Shown here piece after piece: positions 10,423 through 20,175 of a stretch of 64,000 bases of DNA; positions within the stretch are counted from its first letter, which is position 1; each line of letters starts with the position of its first letter. This DNA is from Promethearchaeota archaeon. Lineage in GTDB: Archaea; Asgardarchaeota; Lokiarchaeia; Sigyniarchaeales; SOKP01. A model generated the notes under the pieces. The model saw nothing but the letters and a program-made list of their open reading frames with translations, was not told where the DNA came from and ran no database searches. Position numbers and translations under genes: made by a program. The stretch covers positions 1-64,000 of the forward strand of contig JAEOTA010000043.1 in NCBI GenBank assembly GCA_016840085.1. Direction: 5' to 3'.

Positions 10423-11100
10423 CTATTCAACCTCTAAAACAACTTCGTTTGTTAGAGTCCCTATTTCTTCTATTTTAGCTTCAATTAGATCCCCTGGTTT
10501 AATTGGACCAATTCCCCCAGGAGTCCCCGTAGCAATAATATCTCCTGATTCCATCGTGAAATATTTAGTAATGTATTCCAGAATTTCAGGGATTTTAAAT
10601 AATAACTCTTTAGTATTTGAGGATTGTTTAGTCTGTCCATTTACTTTTAATTCTATATTTAAATTATGTGGATCACTAATCTCATTGGTTTTTGCTATTC
10701 TAGGACCAATTGGTCCAAAACTGTCGAAAGATTTAGAACGAAACCATGGTTTTTGAGAAATAATATCTTTAATTTGCATTTTCCGTGCGGTTATATCATT
10801 AAAGACTGTATATCCCAAGATATGATCATAGACATTAGAAATAGCTATATTCTTGCACTTATTCTTTATGATAAATGCGAGTTCTACTTCATAATCTACT
10901 CGATTATATCTTCTATCATCATATAGCATTTTAGGATATATTATTGGCTGATTAACTGTAATTAAACAGTTCAATGTTTTTGGAAAGAGTAAAGGTTCTT
11001 TTGGAATTTCTAACTTAGTTTCTTCTATATGATCCATATAATTAGTTCCTAAACAAATAATTTTAGTTGGATTTATAGAAATATCTCCGATTGTTATCAT
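10423..11100 (-). CDS. Fumarylacetoacetate hydrolase family protein (tandem paralog)
   Basis: Same motifs; start moved to ATG 11100 (MITIGDISINPTKIICLG) to match the paralog and avoid overlapping thiN. Confidence 0.9.
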   Translation of the reverse strand: MITIGDISINPTKIICLGTNYMDHIEETKLEIPKEPLLFPKTLNCLITVNQPIIYPKMLYDDRRYNRVDYEVELAFIIKNKCKNIAISNVYDHILGYTVFNDITARKMQIKDIISQKPWFRSKSFDSFGPIGPRIAKTNEISDPHNLNIELKVNGQTKQSSNTKELLFKIPEILEYITKYFTMESGDIIATGTPGGIGPIKPGDLIEAKIEEIGTLTNEVVLEVE

Positions 11101-11167
11101 AAATAGCACTCTAAATAAAAATGAATAAATAATAGATAAATTAAATAAATTTGTATTACTTATAGAT

Positions 11168-11758
11168 TTGATGGATAAGAATGAGCTCAAAAACCACTTA
11201 GAGACTGAAGAAAAATTAATTCTAATAAATCAAATTAGAGAGATCTATGATTTTATTAAAATTAAAAAATTCAGCAAATTAATTCCTGAAGTAAGGACTA
11301 ATATTTCTGGTGCCTTACAAAATGCAAAAGAAAAAGAAGATATTGCTGGAATTGATGGACGAATTACAATAGTTAATGGAGTTCCTAAAGCTGCCGGAGA
11401 TATTAAATTTAGTGCAGCTGAGCACACAGCTAGATTACTTCTTACTGCAAAAAAATATGATAATTCAATTAACTTCGTTATAAATCTAAAATATTCTCCA
11501 GAATTAATAGATAATATTAAATCAAAAACATATTTACAATTACAAGAAATAAAAAGAGAAGAACAACCTGAAGATATAAAGAAAAAAGAATTTTCTACGA
11601 TGCAATGGTTAATAAAAGAATGCGTGGATAAGACAGGAACAGTACCAGATATTATTTGGGATAAAGGCACAATTGGAAAAGAACCAATGATAAGATTATT
11701 TGCGAAAACTTCAGCTGAATTGATAGATAAACTGAAAAAAATCATCCAACTTATATAG
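11168..11758 (+). CDS. thiN: ThiN-type thiamine-phosphate synthase domain protein
   Basis: LIPEVRTNI, GIDGRIT and PDIIWDKGTIGKEPMIR motifs; adjacent to thiW. Confidence 0.85.
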   Translation: MMDKNELKNHLETEEKLILINQIREIYDFIKIKKFSKLIPEVRTNISGALQNAKEKEDIAGIDGRITIVNGVPKAAGDIKFSAAEHTARLLLTAKKYDNSINFVINLKYSPELIDNIKSKTYLQLQEIKREEQPEDIKKKEFSTMQWLIKECVDKTGTVPDIIWDKGTIGKEPMIRLFAKTSAELIDKLKKIIQLI

Positions 11759-11833
11759 GCAAAAAGCCTAAACCTTATAAATTAAAATAACCTATTAAGC
11801 AAAATAATAGATTGATATTATAGTTTTGATACT

Positions 11834-12391
11834 ATGACCGCAAGCGATTTAAGAGAAGGAAAAACATCTCATATTAATATTACAAAAAGAGTTGCAACTT
11901 CTGGTATAATGGTCGGTGTTGGTTTAGTCCTTAGTTATTTAAATCCATTTGCTTATTTCACTATATTTGGAGCAAGAATAAACCCATTTGCACATGTTAT
12001 AAATGCAATTATGGGAGTTCTAGTTGGAATAGCTTTTGGTCTAATCACCGCCACAATCATAGCAGCTCTAAGATTTTCTTTAGCAATAGGTTCAATTCAT
12101 GCATTCCATGGAGGAATGTCTGGGGCTCTTGTTGTTGGATTATTTGCTTATATATTATGGAAAAAAACTCCTAAATATGTAGAACTCGCTGCCTTAACTG
12201 AACCGATTGGAACTGTTTTTATCGGAGGAACCATTGCACAATTAATTACTCCAATAGGAGGAATTGAGGGATTGTTTATATGGTGGGGATTGTTTGCTGC
12301 TAGCTGTATCCCTGGAAGTATTATTGGCTTTATAATTCTCCTAGCTTTAAAGAGAGCTAATATTAGTAGAGTAGATTTTTTTGAAGAATAA
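11834..12391 (+). CDS. thiW: ECF transporter S-component ThiW
   Basis: PFAHVINAIMGVLVG, GSIHAF and EPIGTVFIG motifs. Confidence 0.85.
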   Translation: MTASDLREGKTSHINITKRVATSGIMVGVGLVLSYLNPFAYFTIFGARINPFAHVINAIMGVLVGIAFGLITATIIAALRFSLAIGSIHAFHGGMSGALVVGLFAYILWKKTPKYVELAALTEPIGTVFIGGTIAQLITPIGGIEGLFIWWGLFAASCIPGSIIGFIILLALKRANISRVDFFEE

Positions 12392-12998
12392 ATGGAATAT
12401 TTCTGATTTAATGGTTTATCTCAAAAACTCTAATTTTAATGATTTTATTAGTCATCGAACTCTGTTATATGGAGAAACAGATACGAAAAAAACATTTTAT
12501 ACTGCTAAATTTATCCAATTTTTAATAGAAACTAAAAATGTCAATCCAAAACAGATATCTATTCTAGATTTTGCCCCAAAACTAAAAGTAATAAAAAATT
12601 TAAAGATAGGTGGGAAAATCGAAGAATTTAATAAAATATCATTAACTTGTAATAATATTACATTCGAGGGTGAAATTATTCCACCTCGCGTAAATGCTCA
12701 AAATAAAGCAGAATTATATGAAAACGCGTGTAAGAATTTTCAAAAAACTGAAAAAGTCCTAAAAACTTTTAATAAAAATCCAACATCAATACTCATAATT
12801 AATGATATTTCCATATATCTCCATATAGGAAGTCTAAAATCATTATTGGAATCAATCAATAAATCAGACACTTTTTTTGGAAATACTTATTATGGAACTT
12901 CGATAAAAAGTGATTACTCTACTCTATTTAACTTAAGGGAAAAAAGATTAGTCGAATATTTGATTAAAAAAATAGAATTTTCATATTTTATGAGTTAG
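12381..12998 (+). CDS. P-loop-like hypothetical protein with degenerate Walker A
   Basis: LLYGETDTKKT and ILIIND (Walker B-like). Confidence 0.55.
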   Translation: MKNKWNISDLMVYLKNSNFNDFISHRTLLYGETDTKKTFYTAKFIQFLIETKNVNPKQISILDFAPKLKVIKNLKIGGKIEEFNKISLTCNNITFEGEIIPPRVNAQNKAELYENACKNFQKTEKVLKTFNKNPTSILIINDISIYLHIGSLKSLLESINKSDTFFGNTYYGTSIKSDYSTLFNLREKRLVEYLIKKIEFSYFMS

Positions 12999-13132
12999 AT
13001 CTTTTTAAAGAATATATAAGGTTTTGAAATTTAATTTAAAAAATTACAAATAATTTACTCTCTCTTAAAATTTAGAAGTAATGAGATAAACAAAAATTAT
13101 TATAGTTAATTTAAGAAATTTTTGATTAAAAA

Positions 13133-14053
13133 ATGATTATGGTAGCTGATTTTTCTAATTTTATGGTGTTTGAATTAAAGGATTCTGGTGAAAGAAAAAG
13201 GCTATATATAACAGAGCAAGAATTTTCTAAGGAAAATGGACGTAGAATCCTACATGATTCACAGGTTGTGATAATAGTAAAAGAAGAGTCAAGAAGGATT
13301 TATATTTGGAAAGGTCATCAATCAACAGTTAGAAAAAAATTCATTGCTTCACGTGTTGCTCAAGATTTGCAGCAAGAATTAACTAATTTGGCTAATTTTC
13401 ATCGCTGTAAAATAGTTTCTATCGATCAAGGAGAAGAACCTTTGGAGTTCTTAAATATATTTAGATTTAAATCACATGAGATTCTCAAGAAAATAGAAGT
13501 TAGTCAACACCAACTCTCTACATTGAATACCCACATTACGGAAAAAAAAATCTCAACAATAAAACCTTATAATAACTCGAATATTAACAAAAAATCTGTA
13601 AAAACTTTAAGACACTTACCCAATAAATCGAAAAAAGAAATATTGAACAAAATCCTTCAAATAAATCCCCCCAATGGTTATAAAAGAAATCATATTTTAA
13701 TAGGTAATAATACCCTCTATGGGATTGTAACTAAAAAAGCTGAAATTTTTGGCAAATCGATTGAAGAATCAGGATGGGAACTATTTAATAAGCTCCCAAC
13801 AGAAATTATTGAGTTAAATAGTCATAAATTACGAATTCATTTTGATAAGGATTCAAATAGTATTGATGCAATAGAAGTTCTGGAAAGAGAATCTCCAGTT
13901 AAGAAAGAGGAAAAATTAGAACAAATAATTGATTGTAATAAATGGACAGTTAAACAATTAAAAGCTTTTTGTGCTAAGAATAATATTAAAGTCCCTTCTT
14001 CATATAGAAAAGCGCAAATCATAAATCTTGTTGAAGAGTACAATAAATCATAA
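13133..14053 (+). CDS. Single gelsolin-domain protein with C-terminal Rho-N/HeH/SAP-like helical motif
   Basis: IYIWKG...SIDQGEEPLEFLNIF gelsolin signature; C-terminal WTVKQLKAFCAKNNIKVPSSYRKAQIINLV. Confidence 0.8.
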   Translation: MIMVADFSNFMVFELKDSGERKRLYITEQEFSKENGRRILHDSQVVIIVKEESRRIYIWKGHQSTVRKKFIASRVAQDLQQELTNLANFHRCKIVSIDQGEEPLEFLNIFRFKSHEILKKIEVSQHQLSTLNTHITEKKISTIKPYNNSNINKKSVKTLRHLPNKSKKEILNKILQINPPNGYKRNHILIGNNTLYGIVTKKAEIFGKSIEESGWELFNKLPTEIIELNSHKLRIHFDKDSNSIDAIEVLERESPVKKEEKLEQIIDCNKWTVKQLKAFCAKNNIKVPSSYRKAQIINLVEEYNKS

Positions 14054-14182
14054 ACTTAAATTTATGAATTTATTTAGATTTGAATTATTTATTGAAACTT
14101 TAAATTTCATTTTTAACTCTTCTTTTTAATTAGTTTTTAATAAAATAGTACTTGATTTATTTAAAAAGTAAAAGATGATTCT

Positions 14183-14821
14183 ATGAAAAAATTAATACTA
14201 TTTGGACCACCTGGCGCTGGTAAAGGAACATTCTCTTCTCAAATTAAAGATGTTTTACCAGACATAGTTCATATTAGTACGGGAGATATCTTTAGGGAAA
14301 ATTTAAAGAATGAAACCCCACTTGGTTTAAAAGCTAAATCCTATATGGATAAGGGTGAATTAGTACCTGATGATGTTACTATTGAAATGGTTAGAGAAAG
14401 GTTAAATAAAGAGGATGTTAAGAAAAACGGATTTATTCTTGACGGATTTCCTCGTAATACTACTCAAGCAGAAGCTCTTTCTAAAATGCAAGAAATCGAT
14501 AGAGTCATTCTGCTTAATGTTCCTCGAGACATAATCATAAAACGAATCCTCGGTCGGTACTCCTGCCTTAGCTGTAATGAAATTTATAATAAATATTTCA
14601 TGAAGCCTAAGAAAGAAGGGATTTGCGATAAATGTGGAAGTAAAATAGAATTTAAACAAAGACCTGATGATACAGAAGAAACTCTCAAAAATCGATTAGA
14701 AGTATATGAGAAGAATACAAAGCCATTAATTGAGTATTACAAAAACCAAAAATTAGTCAAAGAAATTGATTATTCTAATAAATTACCTGAAAAAAAAGTA
14801 AAAAAAGTCATTGGAATATAA
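14183..14821 (+). CDS. adk: Adenylate kinase (bacterial type, Zn-binding LID)
   Basis: GPPGAGKGT, HISTGD, GELVPD, LDGFPR and CxxC...CxxC LID. Confidence 0.96.
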   Translation: MKKLILFGPPGAGKGTFSSQIKDVLPDIVHISTGDIFRENLKNETPLGLKAKSYMDKGELVPDDVTIEMVRERLNKEDVKKNGFILDGFPRNTTQAEALSKMQEIDRVILLNVPRDIIIKRILGRYSCLSCNEIYNKYFMKPKKEGICDKCGSKIEFKQRPDDTEETLKNRLEVYEKNTKPLIEYYKNQKLVKEIDYSNKLPEKKVKKVIGI

Positions 14822-14848
14822 AATTTTCACATTTTTTTTTGATTATCC

Positions 14849-15601
14849 ATGAATCTAAATATTTGTATTAGTATTCCTATCAATACAACTCAATTAGATA
14901 AAAATTTAATATCTATTAGAAGAGTATTGGATGAGAATCCTGAGTTCATCGAATTAAGATTTGATTTTATTGATAGAGTGGAAGAACTAACAAGTGAATT
15001 AATATATAATTTAAGAAAGAGCATAAAAACGGATATTTCTACGATTTTTACATTTAGAGGCTATTCTGAAGGAGGAAATACCCAAATTAGGAGAGATAAG
15101 CAAATATCTATAATAAAATCTTTTATTGATGCCCAACCAGATTATATTGATATCGAACTGAACAGTGATATAAAGTTATTAAACCAGGTACTTAATAACG
15201 CAATTAAAAATAAAGTAAAAATAATATTTTCTTATCATAATTTTGAAAAAACTCCTCCTTATGACGATGCTTTAAGTCTTATAAAATCATTAAAAAATAA
15301 ATTCATTAATGAAATTTCGCCTAATTTAAATAATCTACAAGATATAATATATAAATTTATTTTTACAGCTCAAAGTTTTGAAGATAATTTAGTACCTCTA
15401 AAAATTTGTAAGTATTTTATAGAAAAAAATCATCAAATAATTTCATTTTGTATGGGAGAATTAGGAATTTTTTCAAGAATTGTGTGTCCCTTAGCAGGTT
15501 CCTTTCTAACTTATGCTTCCTTTGAAGAAAAAACAGCACCAGGACAGCTTAATATTAATAGGATGAAAGAAATTTACAACTTAATAATGAATTTCATTTG
15601 A
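14849..15601 (+). CDS. aroD: Type I 3-dehydroquinate dehydratase
   Basis: ELRFD, TFRxxxEGG, SYHNF, MGELGIFSR and TAPGQ motifs. Confidence 0.93.
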   Translation: MNLNICISIPINTTQLDKNLISIRRVLDENPEFIELRFDFIDRVEELTSELIYNLRKSIKTDISTIFTFRGYSEGGNTQIRRDKQISIIKSFIDAQPDYIDIELNSDIKLLNQVLNNAIKNKVKIIFSYHNFEKTPPYDDALSLIKSLKNKFINEISPNLNNLQDIIYKFIFTAQSFEDNLVPLKICKYFIEKNHQIISFCMGELGIFSRIVCPLAGSFLTYASFEEKTAPGQLNINRMKEIYNLIMNFI

Positions 15602-15838
15602 AACCCTTTCTCTGCTTATAATTTTCGGTACATTTTTTTTAAATAATTCAAGAATGTTTCAAACAGATCCATTTATTAAGATCAAAATTTATCTTGATAA
15701 TAAGCTGTTAAAGTTCATTGACTAAAAACTGATTAGTCTACTGGATGCAACTCATTATAGGTTCTTGTCAAATTTTTTTTACAAAAATATCAACTTTTTT
15801 TTCAAAACGACTTAAATATCTTCATTTTTTCTATTTTT

Positions 15839-16561
15839 TTGTTGATTGAATTGTTTACCAAAGATCTTAATGAGTATGAAGATAAAGAAATTAGAATAGA
15901 GAAATTAAAACACGAAAGAAGAAAGAATAAATTCTTATTAGAGGGATTACTGGGCATTATTTTGTTTTTTGGTATTAGTCTAGCGAGTCGAATCATTCTA
16001 AACCTATTTTTTGTTATGATAATGTTTGGAATTGTATTTCCTTTAATCTGGGCAAAATGTACTAAATCATGGGAATTTATAGGATTTACAAAAAAAAATC
16101 TCAGAAAGGCAATTTTTTGGGGTTTGGGGGCAGGTGGTGTATTTATGATTTTTCAATATCTCATAACACTTGGAAATCATTCATTTCCATCATTGTTAGG
16201 TTTACAGTTAATTTTTGGAATCCCTATTTGGGTATTTGTACTCAGTCCTTTTCAGGAATTCTTTTTTAGAGGTTGGATACAACCAAGATTTCAAAAATCT
16301 ATGGGAAAATGGATCGGACTAATATTAACCTCTTTATTTTTCACTTTTTGGCATTTCCTTCCACCGTTTGAGGGAACATCTACTTCGATTATTAAAATAA
16401 CTACTATTGAGGGAATTTTAACTACAATAGGTTTAGGTGTTATGTTTGGATACATTTTTCAACGTACCGAAAATATAGTTGCACCTTGGCTTGCTCATGC
16501 TTTAGCAGGAATAATTATGATATTATTAGGTTTCATAACTTTTATTACAATAAATCCATGA
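15839..16561 (+). CDS. CPBP/CAAX-type intramembrane protease
   Basis: QEFFFRG, FTFWH and LAHALA motifs (first Glu of the usual EE is Gln). Confidence 0.85.
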   Translation: MLIELFTKDLNEYEDKEIRIEKLKHERRKNKFLLEGLLGIILFFGISLASRIILNLFFVMIMFGIVFPLIWAKCTKSWEFIGFTKKNLRKAIFWGLGAGGVFMIFQYLITLGNHSFPSLLGLQLIFGIPIWVFVLSPFQEFFFRGWIQPRFQKSMGKWIGLILTSLFFTFWHFLPPFEGTSTSIIKITTIEGILTTIGLGVMFGYIFQRTENIVAPWLAHALAGIIMILLGFITFITINP

Positions 16562-16640
16562 GGAGTGTAATAAATTTTTTTGATATAGTTGCAAACTTTT
16601 TTTGTCAAAAACACTTTTAAATTAACGATTCTAATAAAAA

Positions 16641-17210
16641 TTGGTGATTAAACATATGTCAATTCATTCGGAAGATGTTGTAATTCACGCGATTAGTCAC
16701 AAAATACGGAGAGAGATAATGGAACTTTTAAAAGAAGGTTCCAAAACTTTTTCCGAACTTCTAAATCATTTTGATATCTCAACTGGAAAATTAAATTATC
16801 ATCTAAATCAGATTAAAGGTTTTATTCGTAAGGATCCTAAAAAAAATTATAATATTACTCACCTTGGATTAAAAGCTTTAGAAATTTTGGAAGCAATACG
16901 TAAAGAATTCACTGAAAAAGAACGACCCTTATTAAAAGAAGCGTTTATCTCTCAGAAAGATTCTACAAAACCTTTAATCCTTCAAGGGATTAATTTAGGA
17001 ATTGGTGGATTGATTTTTATGGTATCAATAACTATTTTTTTATTTGTAGTTTTTCTAATGGATCCAAATGCTCCGATTTTTGTTTTGCCTATTATCATTG
17101 TAATGTTATTAGGAGAAATTATTGGTTTAACATGGGTAATCCGTATTAGAACTTCTGCTCCTGCTTTCATTGAACGTTTTAATAGACATTTGAGAGAGAG
17201 TGAATCATAA
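16641..17210 (+). CDS. Membrane-anchored ArsR-like winged-HTH regulator
   Basis: HKIRREIMELL...STGKLNYHL plus two C-terminal TM helices. Confidence 0.8.
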   Translation: MVIKHMSIHSEDVVIHAISHKIRREIMELLKEGSKTFSELLNHFDISTGKLNYHLNQIKGFIRKDPKKNYNITHLGLKALEILEAIRKEFTEKERPLLKEAFISQKDSTKPLILQGINLGIGGLIFMVSITIFLFVVFLMDPNAPIFVLPIIIVMLLGEIIGLTWVIRIRTSAPAFIERFNRHLRESES

Positions 17211-17562
17211 TGCCTTTTAAGTTAAAAGAGGTCATTCATACCGAAAAAACTTTTAAAACTTTTTTCACTTTTAATCACTTCTCAGAAATCTCATACCTAG
17301 GCAATGTAATGAATATATCTCTGGATATATTTTGAGAAGTATTTAAATGGGAATAATTTTTAATGCATTATTTTAGTCTCTTTACAAAAAATTTGATTTA
17401 GGAAAATAATATTGATATTTTAAGATTTATAGAATAAACAATTTAGGAGTAGACTCAGTTAAGTCTTATTTGAATAGGATAAACGCTTAAATCTAAACGA
17501 AGAATTATACTTTTTTCTTTTAATATCAGTTTCAAAGGAAGTTAAAATCTAATTCCTATTGA

Positions 17563-17772
17563 GCTGAATCTTTTAAAGATAATTTAGTGCCTCTAAAAAT
17601 ATGTAAGTACTTTAAAGTTAAAAATCAGAAAATTATCTCATTTTGTATGGGAGAATTAGGAATTTTTTCAAGAATTATGTGTACTTTAGCAGGTTCCTTT
17701 CTAACTTATGCTTCTTTTGAAGAAAAAACAGCACCAGGACAGCTTAATATTAAAAAAATGAGAGAAAATTAA
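17563..17772 (+). pseudogene. Diverged duplicate of the aroD 3' end
   Basis: AESFKDNLVPLKICKYF...TAPGQLNI aligns with about 15368-15575; preceded by an in-frame TGA. Confidence 0.9.
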
Positions 17773-17861
17773 AAATAGTTAGTAAATAATCTTTAGACCT
17801 ATTAATGTTTCTAAAATCAAAACTATGAAGATTAAAAAAAGTATGTGTTTTAATATATAGT

Positions 17862-18065
17862 ATGGTGGTCTATTTTGCTTTTTTATTTCATATTTATCAA
17901 CCACCAGTTCAGATTCCTATTGTTATAAAACAAATCGTAAATGAATCTTATCGACCAATAATTGATGCTTTGATGGAACACCCTGACGCGAAAATCACTT
18001 TAAATATTAATGGCACGTTAACGGAGCAATTACATGATTTTGGATATGATGTTTTAATAGGTTAA
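17862..18065 (+). pseudogene. 5' fragment of a GH57 glycoside hydrolase gene
   Basis: Near-identical to the first ~68 aa of 20176-21384 (FHIYQPPVQIP), then stops. Confidence 0.9.
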
Positions 18066-18277
18066 AAATTGATCTTTAGGGATGATTATACTTCAATTGT
18101 TTATACAGCAACAATTAACTAGATAAACACTCACATTCAATATGATGATTATCCTGGTGGATTTAAATTTAAATTGGATATATGATATACATATAAAGAT
18201 TTATGGAGATTTAGATACAACTTTAAGAAATTAAAATTTTTTTTATTTAGTTTATATATAATTATATAAATAGAACT

Positions 18278-19444
18278 ATGAAGATTTTTCATATTGTATT
18301 CAAAATTATATGGTATACTTCAATCATATTATTTTGTTTTGAATTAATAATTGGGGCAATTTCGCTAAGTTTTATAATATTTAAAATAGAAAACACTTTA
18401 ATTTTTAGGTTAAATCCTATTATAATTCCAATAATCTGCATTTTATTTTTATTTCTAATTTTTTTCTATCCAACATTCTATAAAAATAAAAAAAATCCAG
18501 AATTCACATTTATCTCTAGATATGAGACGATTAAAGGTACCAATTTTTACTCTCAAATTGGGATAGATTTACTTTTCGGAAGTCTTTTTTTGTTTTTAAT
18601 TATGTTTTTACTTTCCATTTTGATAGGTTATGGTATTTTAGATTTCGAATTAGAAGTCGTAAGATTTGGTGGTTTTGTGACAATTATTATTTTTGTCGAC
18701 ATAATAATAATTAGTATAAAGTATTACAAATTATATTTGAAATTTTTTAGTTCCTTTGTGCTATTTAGTTCGGTATTTGCTGTTATAGTAGCCCCAATGT
18801 TGATATTTATCGGAATTGAATTTGTTATTTTCTATTTTTATGATGTCTCTTGGTATTTTGCTGACCCTACCCTCTTTTTAAGCCTTTTCATGTCTTCATA
18901 TGTTATAAATATAAGAACAATCTGGTTGAATACTTATTTACATTGCTCGTTTATTTACTCTGAAGCATTTTTAATAATTAAAATGATTATATTTCTTACC
19001 GGATTAATTCTATTTACAATTTCAATAGCCCAATTAGTCTATTGGCTTAAAAAGGAAAAAAGTCTAGTTCAACAAGGTGTTTATAAATATATTCGGCATC
19101 CACAAAATTTAGCAATAATAATTATGACTTTTCCGTTTTTTATTTTGTATGGTATCAGAATAGGAAATATTGTAACTTGGATACAATTCGTCTTTCTTAT
19201 GATTCTCTACTCTGATTTTGGGGATCTTAGATTAAACAAGAAATATCCTTACGAATTTCAGAATTATTACTCAAATACAGGCTTTTTCCTTCCAAAAGCT
19301 GTTTCAATAAAGTCTATAGAACCCTTCTCAATCTTTAAAAATAAAAAATTACGGTATATTACTCTAGTTCTCATATATATCTTAACGATTATCATTTTGT
19401 ATGTATTTTACCTAATTTTTCCATTTATTCACGTTACTCTATAA
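18278..19444 (+). CDS. Polytopic membrane protein with ICMT/PEMT-like methyltransferase domain
   Basis: LVQQGVYKYIRHPQN motif after many TM helices. Confidence 0.7.
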   Translation: MKIFHIVFKIIWYTSIILFCFELIIGAISLSFIIFKIENTLIFRLNPIIIPIICILFLFLIFFYPTFYKNKKNPEFTFISRYETIKGTNFYSQIGIDLLFGSLFLFLIMFLLSILIGYGILDFELEVVRFGGFVTIIIFVDIIIISIKYYKLYLKFFSSFVLFSSVFAVIVAPMLIFIGIEFVIFYFYDVSWYFADPTLFLSLFMSSYVINIRTIWLNTYLHCSFIYSEAFLIIKMIIFLTGLILFTISIAQLVYWLKKEKSLVQQGVYKYIRHPQNLAIIIMTFPFFILYGIRIGNIVTWIQFVFLMILYSDFGDLRLNKKYPYEFQNYYSNTGFFLPKAVSIKSIEPFSIFKNKKLRYITLVLIYILTIIILYVFYLIFPFIHVTL

Positions 19445-19507
19445 ACTCAACTAATATTATATACTTACCCTTTAAAATCATTATTATGTACTAAAATTTT
19501 CGAGAAT

Positions 19508-19557
19508 AAAACTATAAAGATTAAAAAAAGTAGGAGTTTTAGTTTATTATATGGTAG
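19508..19557 (+). repeat. Second copy of the GH57 upstream region plus ATGGT
   Basis: Ungapped 50-nt match to 17819-17868 (AAAACTATRAAGATTAAAAAAAGTA...ATGGT). Confidence 0.8.
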
Positions 19558-20116
19558 AGTTTCTATAATCAGGACTTTCTTTATCAGATAACATCTTTAA
19601 AGCAGTTTTTATATGAATTCTAATAGATTTGTAAATATTTTGATCATCAAGAACTTCAGCTATTTCAACTATCTCTTCTTCAGAACTTATTTCTGTGATT
19701 GTATCCCCTACTAATCTATATACAGATAATTTTCTTTTTAACACTTCATTACACCCCTCAACAAAAAGTATATTTGCTCTATATATATTTGGGAAATTTT
19801 CAGCTATAAATTCTATATAATCGAAGGTTTCATACCATTTTGGTTCAAAAAAGTAACTTTTTATTATATTATAAACGTCTCTTTGATTATTCGGTATAGT
19901 ATCTAATGGTGCTTCAAAAAATTCATCCCATAATTTAATAATAAAGGATCTTATTGTTGGATAATTAACATTATATTGGTTAATAACCCCATTCCATATT
20001 TTTTCCAAAAATACATTCCATAACAAAATACGGGTTTTTTCATCTAAATCTTCTCTCTGAATTTCCTTCCTTACAGATTTATAACCCTTTCTTTCAGAAA
20101 ATCTTAATTTTCCCAT
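19547..20116 (-). pseudogene. AbiJ N-terminal-domain-like protein, apparently C-terminally truncated
   Basis: RFSERKGY...IQRE...R..LWN...WYETFDYIEF pattern; ORF ends at DYRNS exactly where the GH57-start repeat begins. Confidence 0.55.
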
Positions 20117-20175
20117 TAAAGCCTTACAACTCTTACAAAATTTTATAGAAATAATTTCTTTTATTAATTTATTAA

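Noticed and set aside
11101-11190. Extended N-terminus of the second FAH gene in the ORF track
   Set aside because: Overlaps divergent thiN and is absent from the paralog
11168-11758. ThiR transcriptional regulator
   Set aside because: No N-terminal HTH domain visible
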